The position numbers and the translations under genes are program-made. Shown one piece after another: positions 33,230-35,155 of a stretch of 35,155 bases of DNA. The stretch comes from a virus. Taxonomy: Duplodnaviria > Caudoviricetes. The notes under the pieces are model-generated. The model worked only from the letters and a program-made list of their open reading frames with translations. It had not been told where the DNA came from and ran no database searches. Location: positions 1-35,155 of the IMG/VR virus record IMGVR_UViG_3300016484_000074; one strand, written 5' to 3'. The number at the start of each line of letters is the position of its first letter. Positions within the stretch are counted from its first letter, which is position 1.

Positions 33230-35155
33230 ATGGAACATAGCTACCAAGATTGGTATAACACCATTGCTGGTTACGAAAGAACGTATAAAGAGTGGGAAGC
33301 ACGGGTAGACCGCATTCTAAAGCGTTACCGTGATGACAGTCGCACACGCAACAATCCAAACGCTCGGTTTAATATCCTTTGGTCAAATATTCAAACCATC
33401 ACGCCAGCGGTGTTTGCTCGTTTGCCACGCCCTGACGTAAGCCGCCGATTCCGTGACAACGATCCAATCGGTCGTGTGGCATCTATGATGCTTGAGCGTG
33501 CATTGGACTATGAGATCACCCACTACGGCGATTATGGCTCTGCCATGAAACAATCCGTTCAGGATCGCTTGCTTGGCGGTCGTGGAACAAGCTGGGTGCG
33601 CTATGAGCCACACATCACTGGAAGCAAAGCAGACGGTGAAGATCTTGATGATGGCTTGCAAGTTACCGAAGATATTGATGAAGCAGAAACCGAGGGCGGC
33701 ATCTATCGTGAAGATCAAGAGCGTATTGAGTATGAGTGCGCTCCCGTAGATTACGTTCATTGGCGTGATTTTGGCTTGACCGTTGCTCGCACTTGGGAAG
33801 AAGTCACTGCCGTATGGCGTAAGGTATACATGACCCGTCCTGCGCTTGTTGAGCGTTTTGGTGAAGAATTAGGTTATGAAATCCCACTCGATACCAAGCC
33901 TGAAACATCCAAGACATTTAACGAGAAGATGGGCGAGGGTGCGTCAGAAGCTGTTGTTTATGAGATATGGGACAAACAGACTGGCGAGGTTTTATGGTTG
34001 TCTAAGTCTTTGGGAAGAATTCTTGACACTAAGCCTGATCCGCTAAAGCTTGAGAACTTTTGGCCTTGCCCGAAGCCAATGTATGCAACATTAACAACGG
34101 ACACGCTAATCCCTGTTCCTGACTTTGTAATGTATCAGGATCAAGCCAAGCAATTAGACACGCTGGCAGACCGTATTGATGGATTTATCAACGCCCTTAA
34201 AGTTCGTGGCGTATACGACGCTTCTGAGCCATCGCTTGCCCGTTTATTCTCTGAAGGCGAAAACAACACGCTGATTCCTGTTAAAAATTGGATGGCTTTC
34301 GCTGAAAAACAAGGTATGGCTGGAGCTATTAACCTAGTTGATATTGCACCGATCGCACAAGCTCTGCAAATGAGCTATCAAGCGATGGAGCAAGTTAAGG
34401 GTCAAATCTACGAGATCATGGGCATCGCTGATATTCAGCGTGGTCAGACCGATCCAAACGAGACTCTTGGCGCACAAATTATCAAGTCCAACAATGCCGC
34501 AGGTCGTCTTAAAACTATGCAACACGAAGTGGTTAACTTTGCCACCGAATTGCTGCAAATTAAGGCACAAATTATCTGCAAACACTTCACTGATGACACA
34601 ATCATCAAGATTTCAGGCGCAAATCAGCTATCTCCGCAAGATCAAGCCCTGATTCCACAGGCTTTAGCATTGTTAAAGGACGAGCCAGCTAAGAACTTCC
34701 GCATCGAAGTCACCACTGACTCAATGATTTACCAAGACGAAGAGCAAGAAAAGCAAGATCGTGTTCAATTTTTAACTGCTGTTAGTCAATTTATGACCAC
34801 AGCCTTGCCAGTGGCTCAACAAGCCCCTGAATTGACCCCACTTTTGATGGAAATGTTGAAGTTTGGCGTCACAGCGTTTAAAGCTGGCAAAGGATTGGAA
34901 GGACTTATCGACGAAACAGCCGACAAGTTCCGCTTGCAAGCCGAGCAAATGCAAGGTCAGCCTAAACCACCTCCACCAGAAGTTCAAAAAGTCCAAATGC
35001 AAATGCAAGCCGATCAGCAAAAGATGCAGATGGAAGCTCAGCTTGAAATCCAGCGTATGCAGGCTCAAAACGAGATCGAAAAAGCCAAGCAAGAGTATCA
35101 AGCACAGGAAAATCAGCTTAAATTCCAGCTTGACAAGACCGTGAGATGGAGATGA
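33230..35155 (+). CDS. Portal protein, cut by the window end
   Basis: Follows terL, with FNILWSN, IYEIMGIADIQRG...ETLGAQ and a long C-terminal Q-rich coiled coil. Confidence 0.88.
   Translation: MEHSYQDWYNTIAGYERTYKEWEARVDRILKRYRDDSRTRNNPNARFNILWSNIQTITPAVFARLPRPDVSRRFRDNDPIGRVASMMLERALDYEITHYGDYGSAMKQSVQDRLLGGRGTSWVRYEPHITGSKADGEDLDDGLQVTEDIDEAETEGGIYREDQERIEYECAPVDYVHWRDFGLTVARTWEEVTAVWRKVYMTRPALVERFGEELGYEIPLDTKPETSKTFNEKMGEGASEAVVYEIWDKQTGEVLWLSKSLGRILDTKPDPLKLENFWPCPKPMYATLTTDTLIPVPDFVMYQDQAKQLDTLADRIDGFINALKVRGVYDASEPSLARLFSEGENNTLIPVKNWMAFAEKQGMAGAINLVDIAPIAQALQMSYQAMEQVKGQIYEIMGIADIQRGQTDPNETLGAQIIKSNNAAGRLKTMQHEVVNFATELLQIKAQIICKHFTDDTIIKISGANQLSPQDQALIPQALALLKDEPAKNFRIEVTTDSMIYQDEEQEKQDRVQFLTAVSQFMTTALPVAQQAPELTPLLMEMLKFGVTAFKAGKGLEGLIDETADKFRLQAEQMQGQPKPPPPEVQKVQMQMQADQQKMQMEAQLEIQRMQAQNEIEKAKQEYQAQENQLKFQLDKTVRWR

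Larger units (their letters stand above)
1..35155. mobile_element. Near-complete circularly permuted tailed phage genome with podovirus-like gene order
   Basis: Terminase, portal, scaffold, capsid, short-tail and ejection proteins, lysis and early genes are all present. No host genes or tape-measure gene were seen, and the ends overlap by 16 nt. Confidence 0.95.

Noticed and set aside
1-35155. Specific host assignment
   Set aside because: Spanin-like and sigma70 features point to a Gram-negative host, and the gene set is reminiscent of freshwater betaproteobacterial phages, but this cannot be established without searches.

Overview
The window appears to be an essentially complete, circularly permuted ~35.1 kb tailed-phage genome with a podovirus-type layout: the first 16 nt repeat the last 16 nt, and the break falls in the portal gene. 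The + strand structural arm runs terS, terL, portal, fibres, glycosyltransferase, scaffold, major capsid, decoration, tail adaptor/nozzle, GNAT, ejection proteins and lysis genes. A - strand early arm carries a PD-(D/E)XK exonuclease, an SSB-like protein and a ParB/Srx-like protein. A + strand early/middle arm carries a Cro-like regulator, small ORFs, a replication-initiator-like domain, a C5 methyltransferase, a Ref-like HNH nuclease, RusA, a 2OG-Fe(II) oxygenase, a ferritin-like protein and a ParB-MTase. I saw no integrase, CI repressor, DNA polymerase, primase or helicase. The most notable observations are: (1) an array of six mini-gene cassettes at 25599-26655, separated by a 23-bp repeat that supplies stop, RBS and start; (2) a two-subunit, overlapping-frame C5 methyltransferase in which one G10 tract puts both subunits out of frame, while G8 or G11 would restore both; (3) a P4 CI / P1 C4-like antisense RNA and several other structured intergenic RNAs, one with a pseudoknot; (4) a TTAAG-N4-CTTAA operator shared by four promoters. 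All calls come from manual motif and synteny recognition, and no database search was run.
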